This document shows positions 8,602-20,082 of a DNA stretch of 36,371 nucleotides, piece after piece. The position numbers and the translations under genes are program-made. This DNA is from Asterionella formosa (lineage: Eukaryota), in contig NKIB01015351.1 of NCBI GenBank assembly GCA_002256025.1, forward strand, positions 1 to 36,371, read 5' to 3'. The stretch's first letter is position 1, and each line of letters starts with the position of its first letter. The notes below the pieces were generated by a model, which saw nothing but the letters and a program-made list of their open reading frames with translations, ran no database searches and had not been told where the DNA came from.

Positions 8602-11036
8602 ATGACGATACTAGAACAAGACAAACTCGTATCTACATTGAGCCATGTGTTGCTCGACCAAGATATTGATGGTATCGATGAAGATCTCATTCAGTATCTG
8701 GCTGGCTTGTTGTCCGAAGGACTAGACGATGGAATCACAGAAGAAGATGTACAAGAACTCATGGGTCCTTTTCTGGAATCGGTTGGTTGTCCTGATACCC
8801 TTTGCAATCAGGCCAAACAAGCTGTTTTGGATATGGCTATGTTGCAAACGACAAACTCCACGGCGTCGACGGATGGACCTGTCGTACTTAAACAAGGTAT
8901 CGTGACCATGTCGCTAGACGACAACGACGATGACAATGCCATGGATTTGCTATGGGGAGGCAAGTCCCACAAGGCCAATTCCAACACCGCCATGGAACAC
9001 AAATTACGATCCTCTGCCAAAGACCGGCGCAAACAAAAACAAGAACTTGAAAAGACTCGCAAGGAATATCAATACAAATTGGAACAAGAGCAAGCAGCCG
9101 AAGCGGCGGAAAAGGGAGCGGTATCGGCCATGGTATTGCCAGATTACAGGTCGGGGAAGGGAGAACGAGATGTACTGGTGCAAAATGTTCATATAGCCTT
9201 GGACAATGGAAGATCTTTGCTGGATGCTGGAGAACTCAAATTTGCGTACCGACGTCGATATGGACTGGTTGGGAAGAACGGGGTGGGAAAAACAACATTG
9301 CTAAAGGCGATTGCCAGTATGGAGATTGTTGGCTTTCCAAGACATTTGCGTGTCTTGCATGTAAGACAAGAAATTAAAGCATCTGGGACAGACGATAGTG
9401 TCTTGAAGGCTGTCATGGATGCCGATGTCGAACGTATTGTGTTGATACAAGAAGAACAGGCCTTGTTAAAGAAATTAGAAGCTGATGATAACATCCATGG
9501 GGGCGTTGACGATGAAGCCACCACAATGTCGGTAAAGGAAAAGATCGAGAAGTTGGCAAAGGAAAAATCGAATGACTCAAGCTTCAAGGAAGATATGTTG
9601 CGATTGGACGAAGTTTACGCTCGCTTGCAGGTACTAGGAAGCGATTCGGCTGAAGCCAGAGCTAGCATGATTTTGAGTGGCCTTCAATTTACACCAGAGA
9701 TGCAGCGGGGACCAACTTCTGCATTGTCAGGGGGTTGGCGTATGAGAGTCAGCTTGGCTGCCGCCTTGTTTATTGAACCTGACTTGCTAATGCTCGATGA
9801 GCCGGTGAGCCCCTTTGTGCCTCATGTGTTGCATGTTGCTCTGATATGTAAAGTCGGGTTTCTCACTTTCTATTCCGTATTTTTCTGGTTTCTCTTTTGA
9901 TACAGACGAACCATTTAGATTTGGAAGCTGTCTTGTGGTTAGAATCCTATCTAGTTGAATATAAGCATACGCTAATAATTGTTTCGCACGACCGGGGATT
10001 CCTGAATGAAGTTTGCACAGATATTATTGAGTTTGATAAACGGAAGCTCAACTACTACAAGGGTAATTACGATCAATATGTCAAGACTGCCGATGACAAT
10101 GTCAAGAACCAAATGAGAGTCTATCATGCTTACAAGGATAAGCGAGCTCACCTTATGGAATTCATTGATAGGTTTCGGGCCAATGCCAATCGAGCAAGCG
10201 TTGTTCAATCCAGAATTAAACAGGTGGAAAGGATGGACCTGGAAGCACCAGACCTTATTGAAGTGCCACCAGTATGGCGATTTAACATTCCTAATCCAGA
10301 ACCCCTGGGTCGGCCCATTATTTCGGTTGACGACGTATCTTTTGATTATGCCACCATGTCGGATGATGGGGTCAAGAAACCTTTATCGTCGTATTTGTTG
10401 CAAGAAGCCAACTTTGGTGTGGATATGTCCAGCCGTATTGGAATTCTAGGCGCAAACGGTGCGGGAAAATCTACGTTGCTGAATCTGATCATGGGAAAGT
10501 TAGAACCCATCAAGGGATCGTGCACTCGAAATGGTAGGTTGCGAATTGGTCATTTTACGCAGCATTCGGCCGACAAGTTTGATCTGCAGCTGTCTGCTGT
10601 GGAGAATATGCTGGCTCTGTTTGATGATGCAGAAGATCAAGAGATGCGGTCGTTTTTAGGACGATTTCAGATTCAGGGTGTCGATGCTCTCAAGCCCATG
10701 TTCTTACTGTCTGGAGGACAAAAATCTCGTGTCGCTTTTGCGTCCCTGGCGTACCAGAAGCCTCACGTTATCGTAATGGATGAACCCACAAATCACTTGG
10801 ATATGGAAAGTATTGATGCTTTAGTTGATGCCATTAAGGATTTCAAGGGTGGTCTTATTGTTGTTAGTCACGATCAGTTCTTCATTACCAACACATGTTC
10901 CGAGTTGTGGGTTGTGGGCGAAGGAAAAGCTACTCGATTCCGCGGAGACTTCAACGAATACAAACGGCATACCCTTGAAAGGACAAGAAAGCGTGTGGAA
11001 GCTAGCGTTAAGATGCTGAGTGCGATTAATAACTAG
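8602..11036 (+). CDS. ABCF3: ABC-F family ATPase, ABCF3/GCN20-like (exons 8602-9804 and 9906-11036; about 777 aa)
   Basis: Two ABC domains (GKNGVGKT, LSGGWRMR, LDEP|TNHLD; GANGAGKS, LSGGQKSR, MDEPTNHLD) and no TM domains. The GT..AG intron 9805-9905 rejoins LDEP-TNHLD in frame. Confidence 0.92.
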
Positions 11037-11069
11037 AACCTTCTACAATGATGTTTCATTTAGTTAAAT

Positions 11070-13937
11070 TTACAGCACATCGTCAGTCTCCGCTAGCAAG
11101 AAATTTACCCACTTCTCTCGAACATTCTCTCCTTCTAGAGTATCAACCTCTTTTGCAGGAGCGGGTAATGGAGCTACAACGGCCCCTACGAATTTTTCAT
11201 AGCTTCCGGTTCCTTCGTATATGTGGCACTTCTCTTTGTCGCCATCCGTGAAATGCAGCATGCTGGCCATGAGCTCCAAAACTTGCTTCTTGTTCTTGCC
11301 TGTCTTCGAGAACCAATCCAAAATTATGTTCTTCATCATGGTTCGATCCACAACATCTTCTTGTGTCGATTGTAACCTATAAATAGCTTCATCTAGTGAC
11401 CGTCGCAAATGCAAGTTGTCTTTTTCGTATTCTTGGATTCTCCCTTTCAGCACCTGTAGTTCAGTATTCAACTTCTTTATGGCCGTGTCGGCTGCATACT
11501 TTACCTCTCGAATTTTGGTTTCATTCGCGTCGTAAGTCGCCTGAATTGCTGCTGCGTGTGCTGCAGCCGCAGCTTTCTCGTCTCGATGCTTTGCTTCCTC
11601 TAACATCCCTAGTTCTGCCTCGCGTTCACTCTGGAAAGATTCAAGAGCTCTTTGCAGATTCGCATTAGAAGTCATGGCCCGCTGAGCGTCTGATCTTGCC
11701 ACTTCGACATCGGCTAAAGCAACCGTGAGCTGTTGATCTAAGTCCCTGGCTCTTGCCAAAGCGGTATTTCGTTCCATCTCTAAATTGGATTTGTGGGTTG
11801 TCACATCAGCAACCGTAGATTGGCTCTTGGCAAGCTCGCGATCCCTCGTTTCTTTCAACATCTGAAGCTCCAGTTGCAGTTTACTACTTCGCAATTCATG
11901 GCCTTCCAAGTGCTCTAGTTGTTTTTGAAGTTCTTCTTGCTCTTCCTCTGTGACCTCGATATTGTGATGTAGAATTTCATTCTCTTTTCTGAGCTCTTCC
12001 AGCTCCATTTTTATAGCGTGCGATCCCTCTTGATTTTTCATGACAGTAGCTTTGAGCTCCTTAATAACAGTCTTGAGATTTTCGACTTCTTCCCCCTTGT
12101 CATCAAGCAAAGCCAGTGTCAGAGCGAGCTTATCTTCTGCCAACCGCGCAGAATGCTGCTGGCGCTGCTGTAGTTGAGTAGAACTGGCGTTTTGAAGGAC
12201 GAGTGCATTCTGCATTTCCGATGCGGTTGCTTTCGCTTTTGCTTCCACTTCATCCAGCTGTCGTTCCAATTTCAAAATCTGTAAGTTCTTTGCTGCGTTT
12301 TCCTCCTGAAGCTGATCTCGCAATTTGAGGTTCTCCTTTTCTAGTGATTGTCGAAGATTTATCATTTCCTGCTGATGATCTTGAATAACAGCCTCAGAAC
12401 TGGCTTCCAACAAGCGAGCTTGATCTTGTTTTGCTTTCAAAAGTATTTCCTGACGCCACTGATCATCTTCGTCCATTCTTTTTGCGGTTTCAAGTTGCAT
12501 TGCAACAATATGCTGCTCGGCATTTTCAAGTTGCCGTTCGAGCGTTTTACATCTCTGTTCTAAATTGGCCACTCTCATGGAAGCGGCGTAATCACTAGAC
12601 ATTTCCTCGGCGACAGGCAAAGGAGAAGGATTCAACGGCGATATTTCGCTTACAGGATATAAAATTGGTGCGGAATCGTTAATTGCATGAGGCTCTGTTT
12701 TTGCCACAAGGCGTGGTACAGGTTGAAGCGCGGCTGCGTGTGTTTCAGGTATCGATGGGTTTGTCGTGGGGGCTTGAACATGCACAGCTTCGGTAGTCGG
12801 CTGCCTTGTCGTTGTCATTGCTGGTATTGTGGCGTTTGCATTTTCCGACTTTTCCTTTACCCCCGCTCTTACTGGTTTGTCTGCCATGGTTGGGATTTTT
12901 GTTTTGACGTTAATCTCGACACTCTCCATGTCGCTACTTTCATGTCGTAGACAGGGATTAACCCCAACTGTTTGCATCTTCCCCTTCATCTTTGTAAGTA
13001 TTTCATTGCCCTCTGCCTCCACATTCTTGAGTTCCATGGATGGCCTTTCTGGCACCATGGTATCGTTCGTAAAAACTGACTTGCCTTTGATGGATGGTGA
13101 TGATTCCTTTCTGACTAAAAGTTTCTTTTGACACAATGGCGAGGGTAATACCGGCATCTTCTTATGAATCAACGGTGACGGTGCGACGTTGTTATTTATA
13201 TTTTCCATCGTCGATGAAGTTTTATAACTGATCGGTTCCAAGATAGGAGGATCATCGGGAACACTCAATGTTGTTTCCACAGCTGGTAAATTAACCACTG
13301 GAACGATCATTTTCGTTTCAGCCAGCGGCGACGCAGCTGAATTTTTTGCAGGGACCGTCTTCGTTACGATAAGCGGTGAAATTGGAAGAACTAATTTTGT
13401 AGACGTTGCACTGGTTGTAGAGGTTGATTTCGTGCTCATGGTGGATCGGCTAGGAATGGCAATCTTCTGCTTCGCAGATCTGACCGAGGATGTTGGTTCG
13501 GCCATTGCAGCGACCGGCATTGGTTCCACTTTGCTTGGCTCTTCCCTCTTGGGAATCCATTCGTTTTTGTCTGTAACCTTTGTCGGTATCGTCAGTTTAG
13601 GTTTTTCTACTGGAGTTGGTTGTTCCTGTTTGGGTGGTTGATCCAACCAATTATCGTTTGTTGATGGTTCAACAAACTCGCCTTCCTCTTCATCGTCTCC
13701 ATCTTCTTCTTCGTAGAACTCTTCATAAACATCTTCGTATTCTTCTTCATCTTGGGGTATGACTCGCGAGAGATATCCAATCAATCCACGGCGCCGTGGC
13801 GTTTCCATTTCGTCGTGATCCTCCTCTTCGTCGTCCTCAATCTCGGGAGCCACGACATCCACCACTCGACTCATGGCTCGTCGCACATCGACATCCTTGA
13901 CGCTATCCGCAACGCGACCGGCTAGTTGTCCCCACAT
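11070..13937 (-). CDS. Golgin-like coiled-coil protein with C-terminal GRAB/GA1-like region (GMAP-210/Rud3-like); about 955 aa
   Basis: Acidic and P/T-rich N-terminal half, then a long heptad coiled coil. The C-terminus reads VDRTMMKNIILDWF...KQVLELMASMLHFTDGDKEK...EKWVNFLLAET. Likely start is MWGQLAG at 13937. Confidence 0.75.
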   Translation of the reverse strand: MWGQLAGRVADSVKDVDVRRAMSRVVDVVAPEIEDDEEEDHDEMETPRRRGLIGYLSRVIPQDEEEYEDVYEEFYEEEDGDDEEEGEFVEPSTNDNWLDQPPKQEQPTPVEKPKLTIPTKVTDKNEWIPKREEPSKVEPMPVAAMAEPTSSVRSAKQKIAIPSRSTMSTKSTSTTSATSTKLVLPISPLIVTKTVPAKNSAASPLAETKMIVPVVNLPAVETTLSVPDDPPILEPISYKTSSTMENINNNVAPSPLIHKKMPVLPSPLCQKKLLVRKESSPSIKGKSVFTNDTMVPERPSMELKNVEAEGNEILTKMKGKMQTVGVNPCLRHESSDMESVEINVKTKIPTMADKPVRAGVKEKSENANATIPAMTTTRQPTTEAVHVQAPTTNPSIPETHAAALQPVPRLVAKTEPHAINDSAPILYPVSEISPLNPSPLPVAEEMSSDYAASMRVANLEQRCKTLERQLENAEQHIVAMQLETAKRMDEDDQWRQEILLKAKQDQARLLEASSEAVIQDHQQEMINLRQSLEKENLKLRDQLQEENAAKNLQILKLERQLDEVEAKAKATASEMQNALVLQNASSTQLQQRQQHSARLAEDKLALTLALLDDKGEEVENLKTVIKELKATVMKNQEGSHAIKMELEELRKENEILHHNIEVTEEEQEELQKQLEHLEGHELRSSKLQLELQMLKETRDRELAKSQSTVADVTTHKSNLEMERNTALARARDLDQQLTVALADVEVARSDAQRAMTSNANLQRALESFQSEREAELGMLEEAKHRDEKAAAAAHAAAIQATYDANETKIREVKYAADTAIKKLNTELQVLKGRIQEYEKDNLHLRRSLDEAIYRLQSTQEDVVDRTMMKNIILDWFSKTGKNKKQVLELMASMLHFTDGDKEKCHIYEGTGSYEKFVGAVVAPLPAPAKEVDTLEGENVREKWVNFLLAETDDVL

Positions 13938-14178
13938 GATGGTCGATGCAGTGCGTGGAAAGGAACCTTGAATGACAATAAATGTGTGTGTATTTTGCGT
14001 ATTACTGCTAGGTACCGTAATACATAGAGGGTTAGAAATACAATTGGGGGACATGGACGACGGTATAAACAAGGACAGCACCTGCCTGCCTGGTTCTCAT
14101 ATTTGTACATGAATACCGGTATATACATATGAATCCTAGTGCGTTTTGGTGATGGCTGTGCATGTTTGGACGAGCGAT

Positions 14179-14247
14179 GAGCTGCGTTAAATGAGAAATT
14201 TAGCTTTCGTTTTCCTAATAATGAGAACCGTTTTTTACCGCAATTTC
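14179..14247 (+). repeat. Mini inverted-repeat element, family B (copy 1)
   Basis: gctgcgttaaatgagaaatttagctttcgttttcc...gagaaccgttttttaccgcaattt; similar along its length to 31830-31898. Confidence 0.65.
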
Positions 14248-14314
14248 AGAGGAGGTAGTACAATACTATGCGCCGCCGGTACCTGGTACCCTTGTACCCT
14301 GGTGCCAGGTACTT

Positions 14315-14403
14315 GCACGTTGCGGTAATTTTGCTTAAACTAACAATGAATATGGGATAAAGAAAGCTAAACTTTTAGTTTCAGCAAAATTCCCGCAACT
14401 TGC
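14315..14403 (+). repeat. Mini inverted-repeat element, family A (copy 2)
   Basis: Terminal inverted repeats gcacgttgcggtaattttgc (14315-14334) and gcaaaattcccgcaacttgc (14384-14403) are 18/20 complementary. Confidence 0.75.
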
Positions 14404-14634
14404 TGGTACTGGTACCGTACCGGTAAGCCATTTCGTGATGAGAAGCTCCAACAAATGGGAGTGTGTTATTTTATATAATTTTTGAATGTCGACAAAAACG
14501 TGCATTACTACAAAAGAGGTGTTCTAGGTACCTGGGAGTACCACGTAAACTCAACGAGGAGGAACGGAACGACTCGTGGCACACTTTTGATTCCTGTTAC
14601 CGGTATGCTAATAACAACAGAGTCTCGTTCCACG

Positions 14635-17122
14635 ATGTCAGATGCAGTTCCTCCTCCATCGTATGAAGAGGAAAGCCTTCCTCAAGGCTCCTCTTCCTCC
14701 ATCATGACCGCTATTAAGCTGTTGGCAGCATCCGCTTTTCTCGTCAGCGCCATTACTACTGTCACGAGCAACAATACGGATTCAAATTCCGCCGTTCATC
14801 GAAGGCTCCTTCAAGTGGGCGATACAATCCCTTCGTACATGAACGACTTGATGCTAGAATTGAAGGAACGAAAGAAACTCATGGAAGAAACACCCCCCGA
14901 GGAGGTCAAGTACTGGTTTGAATACACAGGTCCACTTCAGGTGAGTTCGACTTTCTAGAGTTGCATGAATTTGCCGTGTCTGGTGAGTTACTGGCTGGCT
15001 CTGCTGCGGCGAAATGAGGATCACAATCATTATTCATAGTTCATCTGAAGTTCAAAGTCACCCTTTGCTTGATGTCTACATTCCATCAGAATCGCTATCT
15101 GATCGCCGCAACTGTCTCATTGTTGGGATTTTTCGTTCTGAACTGCTGGTATGTTACTTTGACATGGGACTAACTCCAATTTTTTCGTGAATTCCTGGAC
15201 AGAAATACTTTTACAGATATTCTAGATCACGAGGAAAAGCAGACTCGTTTGAAGGCCGCGATGACTCTGGCGTGACTTCTGCTCGATTTACTGAACAGCC
15301 TCTGGGTAGTAAGGAATTTCATGACTTTCTTTTGGACCCTGATGTTAAGGAGGAGGAACTATCTGCTCATGCACGCTTGTTAGAAAATTGCCTTTCCATG
15401 GGTTCACCAGCGCGCCCAAAGATGGGCAAGGGAACTCTGTGGAATGACTGGTTTGGGGGGAAGCAAGCGCCTTCCGCGGCGAGTGTGGATCGATGCCGTA
15501 TTCTTTTTACTCTAAATACAGTTGGGGCTGGTAGGGGAACTACCATGTTGTGGGAGACAAATCCTCCTCAAATTCATACACAGGGAGCCGCACCTTGGAT
15601 GTCAGAACAAGAAACAGCTGCAACTCATTTGGAGCGAAATTTGAAGGAAATGGACGCTATGTGTGCGACGGGACAAATCGCGGTCCGTGTACAAGTATTG
15701 GTGTGTGAGCCGATCCCTGCTAAGTGGACCGATTGGATGGATAGCATGCTAGTGAATTGTGGTGGCAAGCCAAGTCCCATGGAACGCAAAGATAATGGAT
15801 CTCCTTATGACTCTGGTGTCTTGGTAGAGGAACGACCATCCCCTGTACAAGTAGTGGTGGTTGCTTCGGTGGCAACTGCCGATACCTGTCATGACTTGAA
15901 GAGTGGTTTCATGGAAAAGAGGATGCAAGATTTGATTCTCGCTCCTCCATTTCTTGCCAACGGAAATGTAAAGACTACGAATCCCGCTGTTAAAACCACT
16001 CACCCTGACTTGGTTAGCTCGGATGATCATGATTTATTTGTTGCCTTGAAGTGGTCCTCCATGGTAACCGTCAGAGCTGTCCACGCTTTCTTGCAAGCGT
16101 CGGCTGATTTGGCTGCTGCCGCAGCATCACCAAAAAATAAAACACCGGCTCAACCAGAGAAGAATGCAGATGGAAGCACAGTGGATATTTCTTATGCACC
16201 TACATCTCCATTTTTGATTCCTTCCTTTGTGCGTGTATCATACGTGAGCGAAGAAAACTCGAAAGTGGCCAAATGGAGAATGCATGGTGATTTCTTTCAC
16301 CCTGCTGCTTGGGAAATTTGCAAAGACTCCTTCGACTTGACGTGGATTCCAGACTCGCTGTCAGGAAATGGTGGTGTCAACGGTATTTGTTATTCTCAAG
16401 ATTTAGTGTCGGCCTCTCGCAAATTGAAGGAGGGCGAAGAATGCGGACAATGGTGGGTTTATTTTGCCGAAGAACAAATGCCAACAACTCCAGAAGTTTA
16501 TGCCAACGAAGTGACGGCACCTTTGGTTCTGGGTGGATCCAACTATATTTGGATGTTGACAGAGCGTCATCGACGCGAGATTGTCAAACAAAAGGTTTGC
16601 AAACAAGATGGAAACATGTCCTGTCCCGAGTCTCCTCAAGCGGTGATTCCTCTAGGTAACTTGGAGTCATTTCTTATCAACTTTACACCTAACACTGCCC
16701 TTGGGAAGAGGCATGTAACAGGCCGCCGCCCTGGGTATTCCCGCGAGAAGGAACGTGAGTTGGACCGCCAAAAGGTTCGTGAGCGCAAGCAACTGAAGGA
16801 CCAAGAGGATATTGAAAAGGCGCTATTCGACTACACTGTATACCCAGCTGCATTATTTCATAAAGATGCAACAATAAAGGCGACTCGTTCTCGTGACTTA
16901 GTCTTGACGAAGAATCGAAATGAGGACGCAATTGGTCCACAGACTGTCAAGTCAAGTTATTACGATGTCACAATCACCAAGCCACGAGAGCCGACTTCGG
17001 CTTGGTGCCAATCCATTGCACGCAAGGGACTTTGTGTCTTGTACAGTGACTATTTCCGAACAGGCTCTGACGACCGATGTATGGAAGCATGTGGTATGAC
17101 GAAGAATTGGTCCCCCCTGTAG
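14635..17122 (+). CDS. Uncharacterised membrane-anchored or secretory protein (exons 14635-14940 and 15203-17122; about 741 aa)
   Basis: Donor CAG|GTGAGT at 14941, branch CTAAC near 15170, acceptor CAG at 15202; splicing joins GPLQ-KYFYRY in frame with the 616-aa ORF. N-terminal hydrophobic segment, HRRL motif and Cys-rich C-terminus. Confidence 0.75.
15005..15110 (+). ncRNA. Intronic box C/D snoRNA, SNORD80/SNORD77/snR60-like D' guide
   Basis: 8-bp terminal stem TGCGGCGA (15005-15012) / TCGCCGCA (15103-15110); box C ATGAGGA (15014-15020); D' CTGA (15045-15048); C' TTGATGT (15069-15075); D CTGA (15099-15102). Guides CATAGTTCA and TCAGAATCGCTA are complementary to LSU rRNA segments as recalled (UGAACUAUG and UAGCGAUUCUGA). 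Confidence 0.8.
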
Positions 17123-17491
17123 AAAGTATGCAATATATAGTGGTGTTAGGGTAAGCTGGTCATGCGAACGTAGCCTCAATGGGGATATAATAAGTTTGTT
17201 ACGAGTTGTCCTCTACAGTTGCGTCGTTTACGAGCACATTTTTGAAAAGAATGTTCGGACAGTTTGCAAGAGTAGTAAATACTGCAATCGCTAAGAACTT
17301 AAACTATTGAACCAAAGGCAAGCGCAACATTGTGCCAAAAATAGAAATACATATTGCATTCAACGGAGTTACAAATGTTTTGGACTTGAGGGTAAACGGT
17401 TTCTGGAGTGGTGAAGTTGTTTTGCTTATAAAAAGTGTTTGCTGATCCTCAAAAAAGGCTTGGTTGTCTAAACTCAATGTGTGGTACAATA

Positions 17492-17633
17492 GGGGGACAG
17501 GGAGGGGGGGGGGGGGGTTATTTAGGAAATTTAAAAATTGGNNNNNNNNNNCCCCCCACGCCCCCCCCCCCCCACCCCCCCCCCCCCCCCCCCCCCCCCC
17601 GCCCCCCCCCCCCCCACCCCCCCCCCCCCCCCC
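17492..17633. other. Assembly gap (10 N at 17542-17551) flanked by poly-G/poly-C low-quality sequence
   Basis: An N run with long G and C homopolymers on either side. Confidence 0.9.
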
Positions 17634-19680
17634 GGATATTCTGCAACTTTACAAATAGGTGATACACATGTAACACCACACATCCCCTTAGGAATCCGAA
17701 ATGCGGCCAATCAAGACGAAATGGAAACATTTAATTTTAAAAAGCAGGCTGGGATACATGCTTTATATTTGATATGGTGCTGGACTGGGAAGCGAAATGG
17801 GATACAAGCAAAACTTGGAGAGGTTCAAGAAAAATGGCAGTTTTCAAATTGGAATACCAGAGCGAGATATTTGATGACAAAATGGAAAGGAATTCAGGAG
17901 CATGCACTTATGTGGCATCTAAATTTCAAGAGAGCATTTTACAATGGTTATTCAATGAACAAAAAAGATGGGTAGGAGCAATTTCTCAGTCATGAGATGT
18001 TGTAGGGTCTCTCATGTTCAAAGCGTACCTAAACCAGATAGACATCAGTGGGGGTCAGCCATTAAAAGGGAAACTAAGGAAACACTGGAGGGCAGCAACA
18101 TAGAAGCCCATGGTAAAGAAAGGGGGATGGCTTATATATGCAAGGCAGAAACTTGGAGTGCCCAGATGATAGCAAGTTTGTAGAACATGGTGGTGCAAAG
18201 TTGGATTATTAGAAATGAAGAAGAACTCTATGGGAATATAAAGAAGGAACAATGAACTAACTTGATGGTGGAGGAGGATATGCAAGTTAGGAGATGTGAA
18301 GATGATCAGCAGTGGGTTTTTACAGTGGACACCTCAATGTTTCCATTGCCTGGCTGTGGAGGTCAGGATATAGAGATGCACCCTACATCTAAAGAGGCTA
18401 TGGGTGGACACAACCGATATTGCATTCAACATGTGGTATCAGTACGGTGAGAGCCATGCTGGGAATGATGGAGCTTGGCTTCGCTGCACAGAAACATGGA
18501 TATATGGGTATAGGCCTTGGGAGGCACAGAAGAAATGGGTTTGAAATTTCAATTGTGTCAATTTGGTCACAAGTGCATTTTCAATTTCGTAGTCAAATAT
18601 CGTACTCTAAAATTTATTTGTTGAACAAGAATAGGGGGGATGTCAAGAATACAGCATCAATGCCTATAATGAGTCACAAGGACTGTGGAATCTGTCTGTA
18701 AATAAAAAATATCATGAATATAGGATCAAGGGTATCATACGCTAAGTGGCACAGGATTTTTACATATATGATAGTTTTTCAATCAAAAATATGATCAATG
18801 TATCATATAATTATGATCATGCAGTAAACTTTTACCAAGCTTGAAGTATGATGAGACTATCATAGTTATAATACCATTGCATCATAAAATTAGTTAAACA
18901 TGGTCATATGATGTGTATACTTTTGTCATACATCTATCTTAGCATGATCGTAATTCTCATCGATATCACTGTCTAAAATAGGATGAAATTGATCGAAATT
19001 TAGAACTATATTTAAGAATGGTTTTATGTTTCTATATCTTGAGTGGCTACAAAATGTTCTACAAGAATGCTCTCATCGCAATGATTGGTGCTTTAGCTCT
19101 CACTTCCACATTCCCCCCAATCCAATTCTGAAGGTTGTTGTACTGGTTGCCTTGCCGTTGTTCCCCTGCTTGCTTTGTTCCATTTACTCCTGAGGAATCT
19201 GATTTTGCATTCACGCACTATTGAATCCATTTCGTTGTTCCAATCAGCCATACTAACAAAGAGAAGCAATTCATTGTTAGCTGCTCATTTTTTGCTACAC
19301 AACAACATGCATTTTGCTTCTATCTGCCTTCACTTACCACAAATTGAGGAGGTAACTGATGCACATTTCTGTAGAAGAATGTGTCAGTCAAAGATTGAAT
19401 GAGAAGCAAAGTATCGATCAATAAATGGGCTCCAACACTGCTGTTTGTAACTTACAAATACTAGTACTGTTTGTCTACCATTATCCTGAAAGAAGCAACA
19501 CATATGTGTCAGTTTTTTTAACAGTTGTAGATTGATCCAAAGATGGCTGATATGCAGCACTTACCGATTTCTTTTGTCCACATTGATGGTTGGCCAGCCA
19601 CAAAATCGAAAAGGAGCTATTGAATCACTGAAAGGGGACGAGTCATTCCATCTTTGAAATCCCAGCAATTGATCATCCTG

Positions 19681-20027
19681 GCATTTGCTCTTGACAAACC
19701 GTGATGCTATGCACAGCTTATTTATTCCGCCCTTCTCCATCATATTCACTCATTCTTAGCCGCATGGTGTATCATCATGCTGTATTGTCACTTCAGTTTT
19801 TCGCATCATGTGTTGCTTGAGATCCTTCATTTCAGGAAGTGGATGCAGCATGACAAGGAACATGAAAAGCATTTGCTCTTGACTTACCATCAATTGATTC
19901 CGCCCTTCTCTTCTAAGCCGCAAGTATCATTGTGCTGTATTATCACTTTCGTTTTCCACGTCATCATATGTGATGATCCTTCATTTCAGGAGCAAAGTGT
20001 ATGTATGCATGACAAGGAACATGAAAA
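19681..20027 (+). repeat. Diverged tandem duplication (units of about 188 and 159 bp)
   Basis: Shared blocks in the same order: gcatttgctcttgac (19681/19869), attccgcccttctc (19724/19897), gatccttcatttcagga (19821/19975), gcatgacaaggaacatgaaaa (19848/20007). Confidence 0.85.
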
Positions 20028-20055
20028 CATGATTTCGAATGGTTCAGCCATGAAT

Positions 20056-20082
20056 ACATATATATATATATATATATATATA
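20056..20082. repeat. (TA)n microsatellite
   Basis: About 12 TA units. Confidence 0.9.

Noticed and set aside
13938..14081. N-terminal extensions in the ORF track (golgin from 14081, ABCF3 from 8563, unknown gene from 14482)
   Set aside because: They start at non-ATG codons and run through promoter-like sequence; downstream ATGs are more plausible in a eukaryote.
17387..17400. TGA|GGGTAAACGG as another Harbinger terminus
   Set aside because: No matching inverted copy was found in the window.
17435..17975. Polyproline/polyglycine ORFs and a possible G-quadruplex
   Set aside because: They span the N gap and homopolymer runs, most likely low-quality contig ends rather than real sequence.
17640..18560. 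Trp-rich, coding-like, CpG-poor stretch after the gap
   Set aside because: All frames are broken and I recognise no motif. It is probably a decayed TE or pseudogene but cannot be called.
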